Shown here piece after piece: positions 17,304 to 26,881 of a stretch of DNA of 64,000 bases. The DNA is from Clostridia bacterium. GTDB lineage: Bacteria; Bacillota; Clostridia; CAKSNL01; HGM11501. Made by a program: the position numbers and the translations under genes. The first letter of the stretch is position 1, and the number at the start of each line of letters is the position of its first letter. Under the pieces are notes generated by a model. It did no database searches and was not told the DNA's origin. It saw only the letters and a list, made by a program, of their open reading frames with translations. The stretch lies in contig JAZQAZ010000014.1 of NCBI GenBank assembly GCA_045545475.1, forward strand, positions 14,404-78,403. Direction: 5' to 3'.

Positions 17304-20300
17304 ATGCGTAAATTCATTTCAATGGTGTTGGCACTTGTGATGATTTTGTCCTGCGTATACATAAATGTATCGGCAAACGAACTTATTGCAAGTACAAAGG
17401 TAGAACTTTATCAGCTTGCTCCCGAAAGTCAGAGCCTGATGGAGTCATACGTTATTAAGACAGATAACGATAAACTCATCGTTATTGACGGAGGTATTGA
17501 CGGGGCAGGTCGTACATTGGCTCCATATCTTCCTGCAGCGCTCCGTGCCATAGCAGGCGTTGGCGAGGGTGAATACTTTGAGGTAGAAGCCTGGTTCTTA
17601 TCCCACGCTCATGTGGACCATTTTTACGAGCTTTCCAAAATGCTTAACGAGTACGACGAGAATTCAAACTATAAGATAAACAACTTTTATTTTGATTTTC
17701 CCGAGTTCGGAAGCGAAGAATATTCCGGAACCCTTGGCGAAACAGGAGACGGATATCTTGCGGAATTGAAAGCCGGCCTTGATAACTACGCCGAGGTTAA
17801 TGAAATTGAGTTTGATTCTGAGACTTACTATGACGAAATTAACGGTGCTGTGGTAAACGAATCTGCCATAAGCAAAGGTCTTGATATTAATATAGACGGC
17901 GTAAGATTTGAAATACTTCAGACCTGGAGCGCTGAAGACGGCACAACGGAGATAAACAACACATCTATGATTATAAGAATGCACGCCGCAGGAAAGACAG
18001 TTTTATTCTTAAACGATGCATACATCCAGTCGGGTAACCGTCTTGTTGAAACTTACGGCGAAGACTTAAAGAGCGATTATGTGCAGACGGCTCATCACGG
18101 ACAGTCGGGCACAAAGCAGAACGTTTATGATGCGGTTGATGCGGACTTCTTCTTATGGCCCACTCCTAAATGGATATGGACTAACCCGGACAGCTATGCC
18201 ATTGACGACGTACGTACTTGGATTGCCGGTGAAGACTATCTGGAAGTTCGTGAAAACGACCTTGTTGCGGGTATGTATGATGTATATCCCGATGATCCTG
18301 CGGTTGTTGCTGACTGGGCAGAAGCGCTTCCCGGTATGAAAATCACATTTACTAACGAAGATGCAAACTATACTGCACCCAAGGCGAATAAAAACCTTAA
18401 ATATACAGGTGAAGAACAGGAGCTTATAGCAGAAGGCAGCACTGATATCGGCACTATGGAATACTGCATTGAAGGAAATGACTATGCAGATGCAATTCCC
18501 GCAGCTGTAAATGCCGGAGAATATACTGTATATTACAGGATTACAGACGGCGAAAATGTTTTGGTGGAAGAAAGTATTAGTGTTACAATAGCAAAGGCGA
18601 TACCTGAATTTACAGCTCCCGAAGCAAAAGTTCTTTTCAACACAGGGGAAGAACAAGAACTCATAGAAGCAGGAAGCATTGCGGAAGGTGAATTCTTATA
18701 TTCCACCGATGACGTGGACTATTCTGCTGAAATCCCCACTGCAACAGAAAGCGGTAACTATACCGTATACTATAAAGTGGAGGAAAGCGAAAATTATCTT
18801 GAAATTTCAGGTTCCGTTGACGTTACAATAGGTGACTATAAAGTTACCTTCAAAAACGGAAACGAACTTGCACCTTTTGATGAGGATGCTTTAGTCAGCG
18901 TTATGGATGGCGAAAGCCTTGCCTCTCTTCCTTATTTTGAAGCAAAAGCAAATACATCACTTGCATACTTCAAGATAGGGGATGTCAGATTTACAGAAGA
19001 AGAACTCCTTTCTTATGAAGTTACGGAAAACACAGAAGTTTTAGCATATTTCAGAGAGTCGGCTATAACTTCCTGCGATTATGACTTTACCACTATGACT
19101 GAGGAAGAATTTGAACTTACTGTTTTTGGTATGGACAGCGACTTTGTGCTTACCGAAGGCGTGGGTATTCAGCTTTCCAAGAACACTGAAACCACATATA
19201 CCATTCCCATGGCAACTGATGTTTCCGAAAGTGCTTTCTCCATAAGCTACGGATGCACCGGTACTGCCAATACAGGCGGATTCAACGGACATATTACACG
19301 TGGAGCTGATGCTGTTGCATCTTTCTATCATACTGCAAACTCCATGGTTGTTTACGGCTCAGGTGCCACACACAGATTCACAAACGTGGGACAGGTAGAC
19401 GACGGAACACGTCATACTGTAGAATATATAATAGACCTTGAAAATGAAATGCAGTATATGATTGTGGACGGCTATGCCGGCATTGTTCCTGCTGAAGGAG
19501 CATATTCTATCCGTGGAAACAGAAAGCCTGACCTTCTTAAGATTATTGAAAAAGCAGGCGGATCTCTTATTATAGACAGCTTCAGCATAAAGCGTTTTGA
19601 CGATGCCAAGGCAAGAAAAGTTACTTTAGCTGCAGGAGAAGGCGTAACAGCGGTTAACTTCTTGAACAGAACGGAAAATGCAACATACGACAATTCATAT
19701 ATTTATATGGTGGAAGGCACAAAGGTTCCTGTTGGTGCAACGATGGATGAAGAAACTGCCTTTTCCTCATGGGAAGCAACAAGCGGAAGCTTTTCGGACG
19801 AAACTGCAATGAAGGCGGTTTATACGGCCGGAAGTGCAAATGCGACGGTAACCGCAGAAGGTGAAGCACCTCAGATTTCCGAAGGAGACGTTGCGAAAAT
19901 CGGCAGAGTAGGTTATGCAACACTTCAGGATGCAATTAATGCAGTAGGTGACGGACAGACGATCACTCTGCTTTCCGATGAAACTGTTACAACAACACTA
20001 TTACTCAACACAGGCAACAGCTTTACCATAGACGGTGCAGGATTTGATCTTATTTTCGGAATGAGCGATAAAACAGTGAACTGTGTTTATGTTTCGGCAG
20101 ACACAAAGGTGCTCTTTAAGAACATTGATATCTACAGAAACAACACCACCACAAACAACTACGGATTTTTCTATATCTCCACCGGTAGCATAACACTTGG
20201 TGATGGGGCAGTACTCGGAAGCACTTCCGTTCAGATGGTTCAGGGTAACGGCGGTATAATCTGGGTTCAGAAGGCATCAACCGACACAGGTACGGGCAAA

Positions 20301-23300
20301 GCATATTTCACCCTTAACGGTGAAGGAGCCAAGATTCAGAATGTAAAAGGCTCCTGGCAGAAAGGTTTGTTCGACGGCTCCAACGCAACGGAAGTAAACC
20401 TTCTTAAGGGAACAATCGAAAATTGCACACATGGCACAGCCATGGTTGGAGAAAGAGGAAACTTTATAGTAAACCTGGGCGATGTTACAATTATAAACTC
20501 AAAAGAGCCTACAGTTAACGGAAACTCCAATACCACGGTTAATATAACAGGAAGCGGAACTCTTGGAACGGTTAAGGCATCTTCTGCTAAGATAAGCTTT
20601 AAAAAGAGCCTTACCTATGGTCCTTCTTCACTTACATATCAGGGTAGCGACTTTACAGGAAGCGTTGTATTTAATGTGACAGATACTACAGTTCCTGCAA
20701 GCTATGCGAAAATTGAAAGCGGAATGAAGGTGGGAGGTGACATCAAATCAACTGACGGAAAAACCTTCAGGGTTGATGCAGACGGAAACCTTGTTATGAG
20801 CAGCTTTGTTGAAACGGGCTATGAGCTTGAAATCAGCAATACACAGAACAATGGTTTATACAACGCAGTCTTTGTGGTTCCTGCAAGAGATAATATGGAA
20901 ATTGAATCCGTAACATATGTTGATACATTCGGAAACACTTTAGACGGTAAGGCGGCAACAAAAATTACGCCCAACGATGACGGAATAACAATGACAGTTA
21001 CAATAGCTGGTGACTATACCAAGGAAAACGGCTATACTGACTGGGTTGACGGAACATATGCAACCAAATACGGCGAAACTCATTTTGTTTTCGGAAATAC
21101 CGTATATAACTGGCAGGCAGGAGATATCGTATCACCTGATTTCTTCAAGGGTATTTTCATCAGAGAAGTATTGGGTGACGGTGCAGGAGACCACATTATA
21201 AATGTTAAGTTTGCCGACGGAGAAACTCTGGAATTCAATGTGAAGACAAATCTTCAGTGGGTTGAACTTACAGCACCCGCTGCTGTTAAGGAAACGGAAT
21301 ATACCGATGAAATAACACCCATTGCGGGTTGGAAAACTGCGGCAACCACAGTAAGTAACAATCTTACAAAGGCCTTTGACGGATATTCCGAATACCTTAT
21401 TAAGAAGCATGCGTTCACTGATGCATCAGGAAATGCAATGTCGGTAAATAACCGCTTTGAGACAGACTTTATATCGCAGGTGGTTAAAACAGCCAGCGGA
21501 AACGCTACAATTCCTTCGGGAAGCAAATATGTTTCATCTATAACTCAGGTTCTTCTGTATCCCGCACTTCGTATGGACTTTTTTGTTGATACCATTGACG
21601 GGCTTGATACATCGGGTATCAGAATTTATCCCAGAATCAACTCTTACAATGAAAATAAGGCATCGGGAAGCGGTAGAGGTGTGCCTTCAAAAATTGTATT
21701 CTGGGGTTCAAACGATGGAGAAAACTGGGATAACTTAGGTACGTATAATTTCAATAGTACACTCGAAGAAAAGACAGCTCTTTTTGGCAAAAATGTAAGA
21801 TATCGTTATTACAAGGGCTCCATTCTTGAGGTAAATGGAAATACATATAAGCAGACAGCAAACATTTCAGAACTTGTATTTATAAAACCTGAAACAGAGC
21901 TTAAGAGTAATACAGCACTTACATTTGATACTGCAGAGGAAAATGCGATTGAATTTACCTTCAAGACATATCTTGAAGAAACAATCGAAAGCCTTAAGGA
22001 TAAGTCAGGAAATGATGCGGAATTTACATTTGAAAATGACACCCTTACAATCGATGCGACTTATCTTAAAGCACTCACAGACGGAACATATGAATTTACT
22101 GCTAAATTCACAAATGGTGCAGAATTTGCTCTTACCATTATAAAAACTGATGCGACAGAGGTTACATACCTTCTTGCAGACAGCGGAGAGATGGGAAGAG
22201 GCACAAATGAACTTGTTCTTGCAAGTGTAAGCGGAAAAGAGATAAAGAAGGTTACATATAACGGCGGAAAAGCTCTTTCATATACGGCATCCGATGATAA
22301 TAAGACAATTGCTATCGCAAGATATGATTTCCGTGGAGGTATGGATCTTTATGCTACAATGACTTTAGAGGAAGACGGACTGGTACCGGTTGTTGTGACA
22401 TACAGTGATGATACAACAAAAACCTATAATGTTACCATAAGCTCCGACTGGGTGGGAATCCCCGCACCTCATCCAGAAGCTACCTTCCTTTCCGACGAAC
22501 TTAAGCCTAAGGCAGGAGAGTGGAAAGTAAGAACAAGCTCTGCAAACACAGCACATAATCATCCTGCTAACTTGTTTACCGGCAAGCTTTACAACGAGAA
22601 AAACAAGAATAACTGGCATACAGGATATACATTGGTAGATGGTGCTCCTATAGCAGATACTGAGCTTGACCAATACATTGATGTGGATTTCGGAGCAAAC
22701 GTAAAGCCTTACAAGGGAATACGTATTACCGAGCGTGTAAGCGGCTCAAGATATGAGAATATCACACTTTACGGTAAGAATTCAGACGGTGAGGAGTGGA
22801 CCTTACTTTACAGCGGTTCTGCTGATGCTGTGGCACCTTCTGCAAATGAAATTCTGTTTGAAGAAGCCGTAAATTATCGTTATTTAAGAATGAAGATCAA
22901 CGGTAGGGACAACCACGTTACTGCAGATATAATGCGTATTATAAACGGAGTGGAAGAAGGCCAAGTGAACATCAAGGTTACACCCACAACCGGTGGTAAC
23001 GTAACTGTAACAACAGGCGGAACAACTGCTCCTTCTCTCGGAGATAACTATGTTGAAGCAAATACAAATGTAACCTTTACGGCTACAAGCGATGAGTCGG
23101 GAGAATTCTGCTATTGGATAGAGGCATCTACAGGCAAAATTCTTGGCAAGAAGGCAACGCTTAATGTAAATACTGCAATAGGTAAGGATATAAAAGCGGT
23201 ATTCGCATCACCTGCGGATACGGAAGCTTTTGTAAGCTTCTACGGAATAGAAAAGGGAAGCATACTGGCAACGGGATATGTAAAGAAAAATGATGCCCCG

Positions 23301-24074
23301 TCGGCTTTGGTTCCTTCCGCTGAAAAGCTTTATACCACGGGTTATGCATTCAGCAAGTGGGTAGATAAGGAAGGAAATGATATTGATGTCGATGCGGCTG
23401 TAAGTGAAAACACAGAATACTATGCACTATATTCTGAAAAGTCAGAAGAAAATAAGAGATTCAGTACAATCACTGTAAACGGCGGTAAAGTAGTTGCATT
23501 AGGAAGCGGAAAAGCCGGAGTGACAAGCGGAACATTTGCATATGATACTGTGCTTCGAGCAACTGCTGATGAACCCAATGAGGGCGAAGAGTTCAAGTAC
23601 TGGACCTTGGAAGGTAATATCGTAAGCTATGATGAGAAATACAAATTCTATGCTCCCGACGCAGACATCACTCTTACAGCGGTATTCGGACCTAAAGAAG
23701 AAGCGGTTACAGAAAAGGTACAGATAGCAATAACCGAGACATCTGACGTAGTTAATGGTGTAAATGTCGCTGGATTTATCACAACGAGATATGTGCCTTC
23801 CGGAGTTAATGTTATTGAAACCGGTGTTATTTATGTAAAGGATGCAAGCTACGAAGGCTCAGGCGAAGACGGTAAGCTTACTGTAGCTGATGCGGGAAAT
23901 ACAAGTGCCAACGGAAAGACGGTAAAGGTGGCATTTTCCTCCAAAACGGAATCCGGTCAGCATAAACTTTCTGCAAGCTATACAGATCTTGGTATAAAGG
24001 CGGTTGGTTTCATAACTTATGTTGAAGGTGAGGGCATAACAACACTTTACACAGATATGATAACGGTTAAATAA
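17304..24074 (+). CDS. Giant secreted multidomain protein: ComEC/Pce-like MBL-fold hydrolase, Ig-like repeats, beta-helix region, two discoidin (CBM32-like) modules
   Basis: Signal peptide; VIDGG, SHAHVDH, INNTS, FLND, AHHG MBL motifs; duplicated GEEQELI...GxYTVYY modules; YATLQDAINAV beta-helix cap; WGSNDGENW...YRYYK and YGKNSDGEEW...YRYLR discoidin-like motifs. Confidence 0.75.
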   Translation: MRKFISMVLALVMILSCVYINVSANELIASTKVELYQLAPESQSLMESYVIKTDNDKLIVIDGGIDGAGRTLAPYLPAALRAIAGVGEGEYFEVEAWFLSHAHVDHFYELSKMLNEYDENSNYKINNFYFDFPEFGSEEYSGTLGETGDGYLAELKAGLDNYAEVNEIEFDSETYYDEINGAVVNESAISKGLDINIDGVRFEILQTWSAEDGTTEINNTSMIIRMHAAGKTVLFLNDAYIQSGNRLVETYGEDLKSDYVQTAHHGQSGTKQNVYDAVDADFFLWPTPKWIWTNPDSYAIDDVRTWIAGEDYLEVRENDLVAGMYDVYPDDPAVVADWAEALPGMKITFTNEDANYTAPKANKNLKYTGEEQELIAEGSTDIGTMEYCIEGNDYADAIPAAVNAGEYTVYYRITDGENVLVEESISVTIAKAIPEFTAPEAKVLFNTGEEQELIEAGSIAEGEFLYSTDDVDYSAEIPTATESGNYTVYYKVEESENYLEISGSVDVTIGDYKVTFKNGNELAPFDEDALVSVMDGESLASLPYFEAKANTSLAYFKIGDVRFTEEELLSYEVTENTEVLAYFRESAITSCDYDFTTMTEEEFELTVFGMDSDFVLTEGVGIQLSKNTETTYTIPMATDVSESAFSISYGCTGTANTGGFNGHITRGADAVASFYHTANSMVVYGSGATHRFTNVGQVDDGTRHTVEYIIDLENEMQYMIVDGYAGIVPAEGAYSIRGNRKPDLLKIIEKAGGSLIIDSFSIKRFDDAKARKVTLAAGEGVTAVNFLNRTENATYDNSYIYMVEGTKVPVGATMDEETAFSSWEATSGSFSDETAMKAVYTAGSANATVTAEGEAPQISEGDVAKIGRVGYATLQDAINAVGDGQTITLLSDETVTTTLLLNTGNSFTIDGAGFDLIFGMSDKTVNCVYVSADTKVLFKNIDIYRNNTTTNNYGFFYISTGSITLGDGAVLGSTSVQMVQGNGGIIWVQKASTDTGTGKAYFTLNGEGAKIQNVKGSWQKGLFDGSNATEVNLLKGTIENCTHGTAMVGERGNFIVNLGDVTIINSKEPTVNGNSNTTVNITGSGTLGTVKASSAKISFKKSLTYGPSSLTYQGSDFTGSVVFNVTDTTVPASYAKIESGMKVGGDIKSTDGKTFRVDADGNLVMSSFVETGYELEISNTQNNGLYNAVFVVPARDNMEIESVTYVDTFGNTLDGKAATKITPNDDGITMTVTIAGDYTKENGYTDWVDGTYATKYGETHFVFGNTVYNWQAGDIVSPDFFKGIFIREVLGDGAGDHIINVKFADGETLEFNVKTNLQWVELTAPAAVKETEYTDEITPIAGWKTAATTVSNNLTKAFDGYSEYLIKKHAFTDASGNAMSVNNRFETDFISQVVKTASGNATIPSGSKYVSSITQVLLYPALRMDFFVDTIDGLDTSGIRIYPRINSYNENKASGSGRGVPSKIVFWGSNDGENWDNLGTYNFNSTLEEKTALFGKNVRYRYYKGSILEVNGNTYKQTANISELVFIKPETELKSNTALTFDTAEENAIEFTFKTYLEETIESLKDKSGNDAEFTFENDTLTIDATYLKALTDGTYEFTAKFTNGAEFALTIIKTDATEVTYLLADSGEMGRGTNELVLASVSGKEIKKVTYNGGKALSYTASDDNKTIAIARYDFRGGMDLYATMTLEEDGLVPVVVTYSDDTTKTYNVTISSDWVGIPAPHPEATFLSDELKPKAGEWKVRTSSANTAHNHPANLFTGKLYNEKNKNNWHTGYTLVDGAPIADTELDQYIDVDFGANVKPYKGIRITERVSGSRYENITLYGKNSDGEEWTLLYSGSADAVAPSANEILFEEAVNYRYLRMKINGRDNHVTADIMRIINGVEEGQVNIKVTPTTGGNVTVTTGGTTAPSLGDNYVEANTNVTFTATSDESGEFCYWIEASTGKILGKKATLNVNTAIGKDIKAVFASPADTEAFVSFYGIEKGSILATGYVKKNDAPSALVPSAEKLYTTGYAFSKWVDKEGNDIDVDAAVSENTEYYALYSEKSEENKRFSTITVNGGKVVALGSGKAGVTSGTFAYDTVLRATADEPNEGEEFKYWTLEGNIVSYDEKYKFYAPDADITLTAVFGPKEEAVTEKVQIAITETSDVVNGVNVAGFITTRYVPSGVNVIETGVIYVKDASYEGSGEDGKLTVADAGNTSANGKTVKVAFSSKTESGQHKLSASYTDLGIKAVGFITYVEGEGITTLYTDMITVK
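18361..18830 (+). repeat. Two tandem ~80-aa Ig/MBG-like modules within the giant gene
   Basis: YTAPKANKNLKYTGEEQELIAEGS...AVNAGEYTVYYRI versus FTAPEAKVLFNTGEEQELIEAGS...ATESGNYTVYYKV. Confidence 0.75.
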
Positions 24075-24083
24075 TCATAAATT

Positions 24084-24116
24084 AAAAGAACGCAGAATTA
24101 TATCTGCGTTCTTTTT
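24084..24116 (+). terminator. Rho-independent terminator
   Basis: aaaagaacgcaga-attata-tctgcgttcttttt. Confidence 0.88.
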
Positions 24117-24197
24117 ACATGTAAATGAATAAAAAGATATTGGCAAAAGTATATTTTTGTGGTAAAATAAATTAATTATATAATGAGGCGGATTTTT

Positions 24198-25529
24198 ATG
24201 GAAATAAACAAGAATGATGAAGTAAGAATTTATATAGACGGATATACCTCGGAGGGTGCCGGTGTTGGCAGAATAGGTAAATATCCTATATTTATACCAA
24301 ACACTGTGCGGGGAGATTATATCCTTTGCCGTATAGTTAAACCCGGCAAAACCTTTGCGTGGGGTAAGTGTATGGAAATCCTTACGCCCTCAGAGGAAAG
24401 GATAGAGGCAGTCTGCCCTCACTTTTACGAGTGCGGCGGTTGTGCCATTATGCATATGTCGGAAAAGGAGCGTGCCTTTTTCAAAAAGGACAAGGTAAAA
24501 AACGCCTTTTCCCATATAGCGGGGATGGATATAGAAGTGGCAGATACTGCAATTGGTGAAGAGACAGGCTATCGCAACAAAACACAGATGCCGGTTTCAA
24601 GCGATTATACTCAGGCTATGTACAAAAATCGTACCAATATCAAGGTAAGTGTGCCCCATTGCGTTATTCAGGACGAAGAGGCAAAGAAAGTGACGGAAAT
24701 AATTATTTCTTATCTTAAGGAGAAGAAAATCCCGCCTTATGAGCCTACGGAAAAACGGGGCGTTGTCCGCCATGTGTATACCAGGGTTTCAAAATCAACA
24801 GGCGAAATACTGGCTATAGTAATAGCGACTGAAAAAATCGACCTTACGGATATTGAAGCCCCCCTTCGTAAAGCGAATGTGACAGGATTGGTTCTTAACA
24901 TTAACGAAAAGCATACAAATACCATCCTTGGAGATAAATCTATTACGGTTTTCGGTAAAAACTTTATAACCGACCGCCTTTGCGGAACGGATTTTGACAT
25001 TTATCCCGACTCCTTTTTTCAGGTAAATAAGTACCTAACGGAGCAGCTTTACAATAAGGCTGTAAAGCTCTGTCATTTGACAGGCAAGGAAACGGTATTC
25101 GATCTTTATTGCGGAGCGGGCACGATAACTGCAGCACTTTCAAAGGGTGCTGAAAAAGTAATCGGTGTTGAAATTGTACCCTCTGCCGTAAAATCTGCAA
25201 AATACAGTCTGGAGCGTGCCGGCATTACCAATGCTGAAATTTACGAGGGATCATCAGAAGTTGTGGCACCAAAGCTTATAGAAGAAGGAGAAAAGGCGGA
25301 CGTTGTAGTTGTTGATCCGCCCAGAAAAGGCTGCGGAGAGGAGCTTCTTTCCTCAATAGCCAAAATGAAGCCGGAAAGAATCGTTTACGTATCCTGCGAT
25401 GTTGCAACATTAGCACGTGATGCAAAGTATTTATCCGAACACGGCTATAAGGTCGAGAAAGCTTATCCTTTTGACATGTTTCCTTTTACATACCATGTAG
25501 AGACGATTGCTTTGCTTAAGCTTAAATGA
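24198..25529 (+). CDS. rlmD: 23S rRNA (uracil-C5)-methyltransferase RlmD/RumA
   Basis: TRAM domain, CPHFYECGGC Fe-S motif, SFFQVN, DLYCGAG, VDPPRKG, YVSCD, DMFPFTYHVE. Confidence 0.95.
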   Translation: MEINKNDEVRIYIDGYTSEGAGVGRIGKYPIFIPNTVRGDYILCRIVKPGKTFAWGKCMEILTPSEERIEAVCPHFYECGGCAIMHMSEKERAFFKKDKVKNAFSHIAGMDIEVADTAIGEETGYRNKTQMPVSSDYTQAMYKNRTNIKVSVPHCVIQDEEAKKVTEIIISYLKEKKIPPYEPTEKRGVVRHVYTRVSKSTGEILAIVIATEKIDLTDIEAPLRKANVTGLVLNINEKHTNTILGDKSITVFGKNFITDRLCGTDFDIYPDSFFQVNKYLTEQLYNKAVKLCHLTGKETVFDLYCGAGTITAALSKGAEKVIGVEIVPSAVKSAKYSLERAGITNAEIYEGSSEVVAPKLIEEGEKADVVVVDPPRKGCGEELLSSIAKMKPERIVYVSCDVATLARDAKYLSEHGYKVEKAYPFDMFPFTYHVETIALLKLK

Positions 25530-25542
25530 GAGGGGGACAGAT

Positions 25543-26235
25543 GTGGGCTATACAAAAGAAAAGATTATTGAAAAATGCGAAAAAGCATTTTGCGATATAA
25601 AGACTTTTTATAAAAAAGATTTTATAAATTACGGCGGACGTACAACTGATACGGATGAATATTATACAGAGGTTGTAGCGGAGTTTCTTATTAAGCGTAT
25701 TGCACAATACGTCAAAGGTATTCCTGAGATAACAAGAGAAAGCACATATAAAACGCCGACTCATGACGGAATGTATGATGAAAATACGCCCCGTGAGGAA
25801 GAAAAAATTGCAATGGAAATGTTTAATCAGTCAAAAGAAGGTAAGAGTTATAATTTTATAGGGGATATTATTGATTATCAGACACCTCTTAAAAACAAAC
25901 GTGAGGATGTTGCGGGGAAGATTGATTTGCTTTCTTATGACGGTAACTTTTTAAGGATTCTGGAACTTAAAAAGCCGTTGAGTGATGAAAGTATGTTAAG
26001 GTGTGTTCTCGAAGGATATACATATCTCAAAACGGTAAATAAGAAAAAATTACTTGAAGATTTCACCTTGCCTGCAGAAACAGAAGTTGTTGCTTGTCCT
26101 TTTGTTTTTAAATACGGAAAGCAGCATGAGGAGATGAGCGAGGAAAGACCTTATTTATTTAAGCTTATGGAACTGCTATGCAGCAAGCCATATTATATAA
26201 AAAAAGAAAAAGACATTTATATTGTGGAGGAATGA
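25543..26235 (+). CDS. Hypothetical protein with a PD-(D/E)XK nuclease-like fold
   Basis: GTG start after a GAGGGG RBS. IDYQTPL...GKIDLL...ILELK...ESMLRCVLEGYTY matches a D...ExK catalytic layout. Confidence 0.65.
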   Translation: MGYTKEKIIEKCEKAFCDIKTFYKKDFINYGGRTTDTDEYYTEVVAEFLIKRIAQYVKGIPEITRESTYKTPTHDGMYDENTPREEEKIAMEMFNQSKEGKSYNFIGDIIDYQTPLKNKREDVAGKIDLLSYDGNFLRILELKKPLSDESMLRCVLEGYTYLKTVNKKKLLEDFTLPAETEVVACPFVFKYGKQHEEMSEERPYLFKLMELLCSKPYYIKKEKDIYIVEE

Positions 26236-26239
26236 GTTT

Positions 26240-26881
26240 ATGAAAAAGTTATTGGAAAAGAGCGATTTATTAGCAGGGATATTTGCAGTGATTGCGGTGG
26301 TTGCTATAATGTGCGAGGTGGTCTTTGGGGGATTCACAAAAGAAAGTGTTGTGGGCGGAATAAAAGATATAATGGGAATTACAGTAGATATTTTGGTGTT
26401 ACTTGTGGCGGCAAGTGCGCTTATTCGTAAACCGTTGAATTTCAGGAAGGCATTTACGGAAGCGATGAATGAAATAACAGAAAAATATAACCCTCTTCTT
26501 ATCGAAGATAAAAAAGAGGATGTTATCAGATATAGGATTGCAAGTAATTCGGATGCTTTATTTACAGGGGAAGCCAAGGATCCCGAAAGAGTGTTTGAAC
26601 TTGAAAAAAATAAACCTGAAGAAATTCGTTTTTATGTTAACAAAAGCTTTTTTGATCATAAGGGTGGAGAAGATTTTGATGCTGAATTAATAGCAAACCA
26701 AATTTCTGTAAGGTTGGCAGCTGTATACAAAAACTACAATATTTTACCGTTTGAAAATAAAAAGAATTATGGCATTAAAGTGAATTTCACTCGTACGATG
26801 AATAAGAGAGAGGATATTGACGAGATTGTATCCTTGATAGATTACGCTTTGTTTTTATTTGTTGCAAGGAATAAATCATGA
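26240..26881 (+). CDS. Hypothetical protein with two N-terminal TM helices and a soluble C-terminal domain
   Basis: GGAGG RBS, ATG 26240. Hydrophobic stretches LLAGIFAVIAVVAIMCEVVF and IMGITVDILVLLVAASALI. Confidence 0.75.
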   Translation: MKKLLEKSDLLAGIFAVIAVVAIMCEVVFGGFTKESVVGGIKDIMGITVDILVLLVAASALIRKPLNFRKAFTEAMNEITEKYNPLLIEDKKEDVIRYRIASNSDALFTGEAKDPERVFELEKNKPEEIRFYVNKSFFDHKGGEDFDAELIANQISVRLAAVYKNYNILPFENKKNYGIKVNFTRTMNKREDIDEIVSLIDYALFLFVARNKS

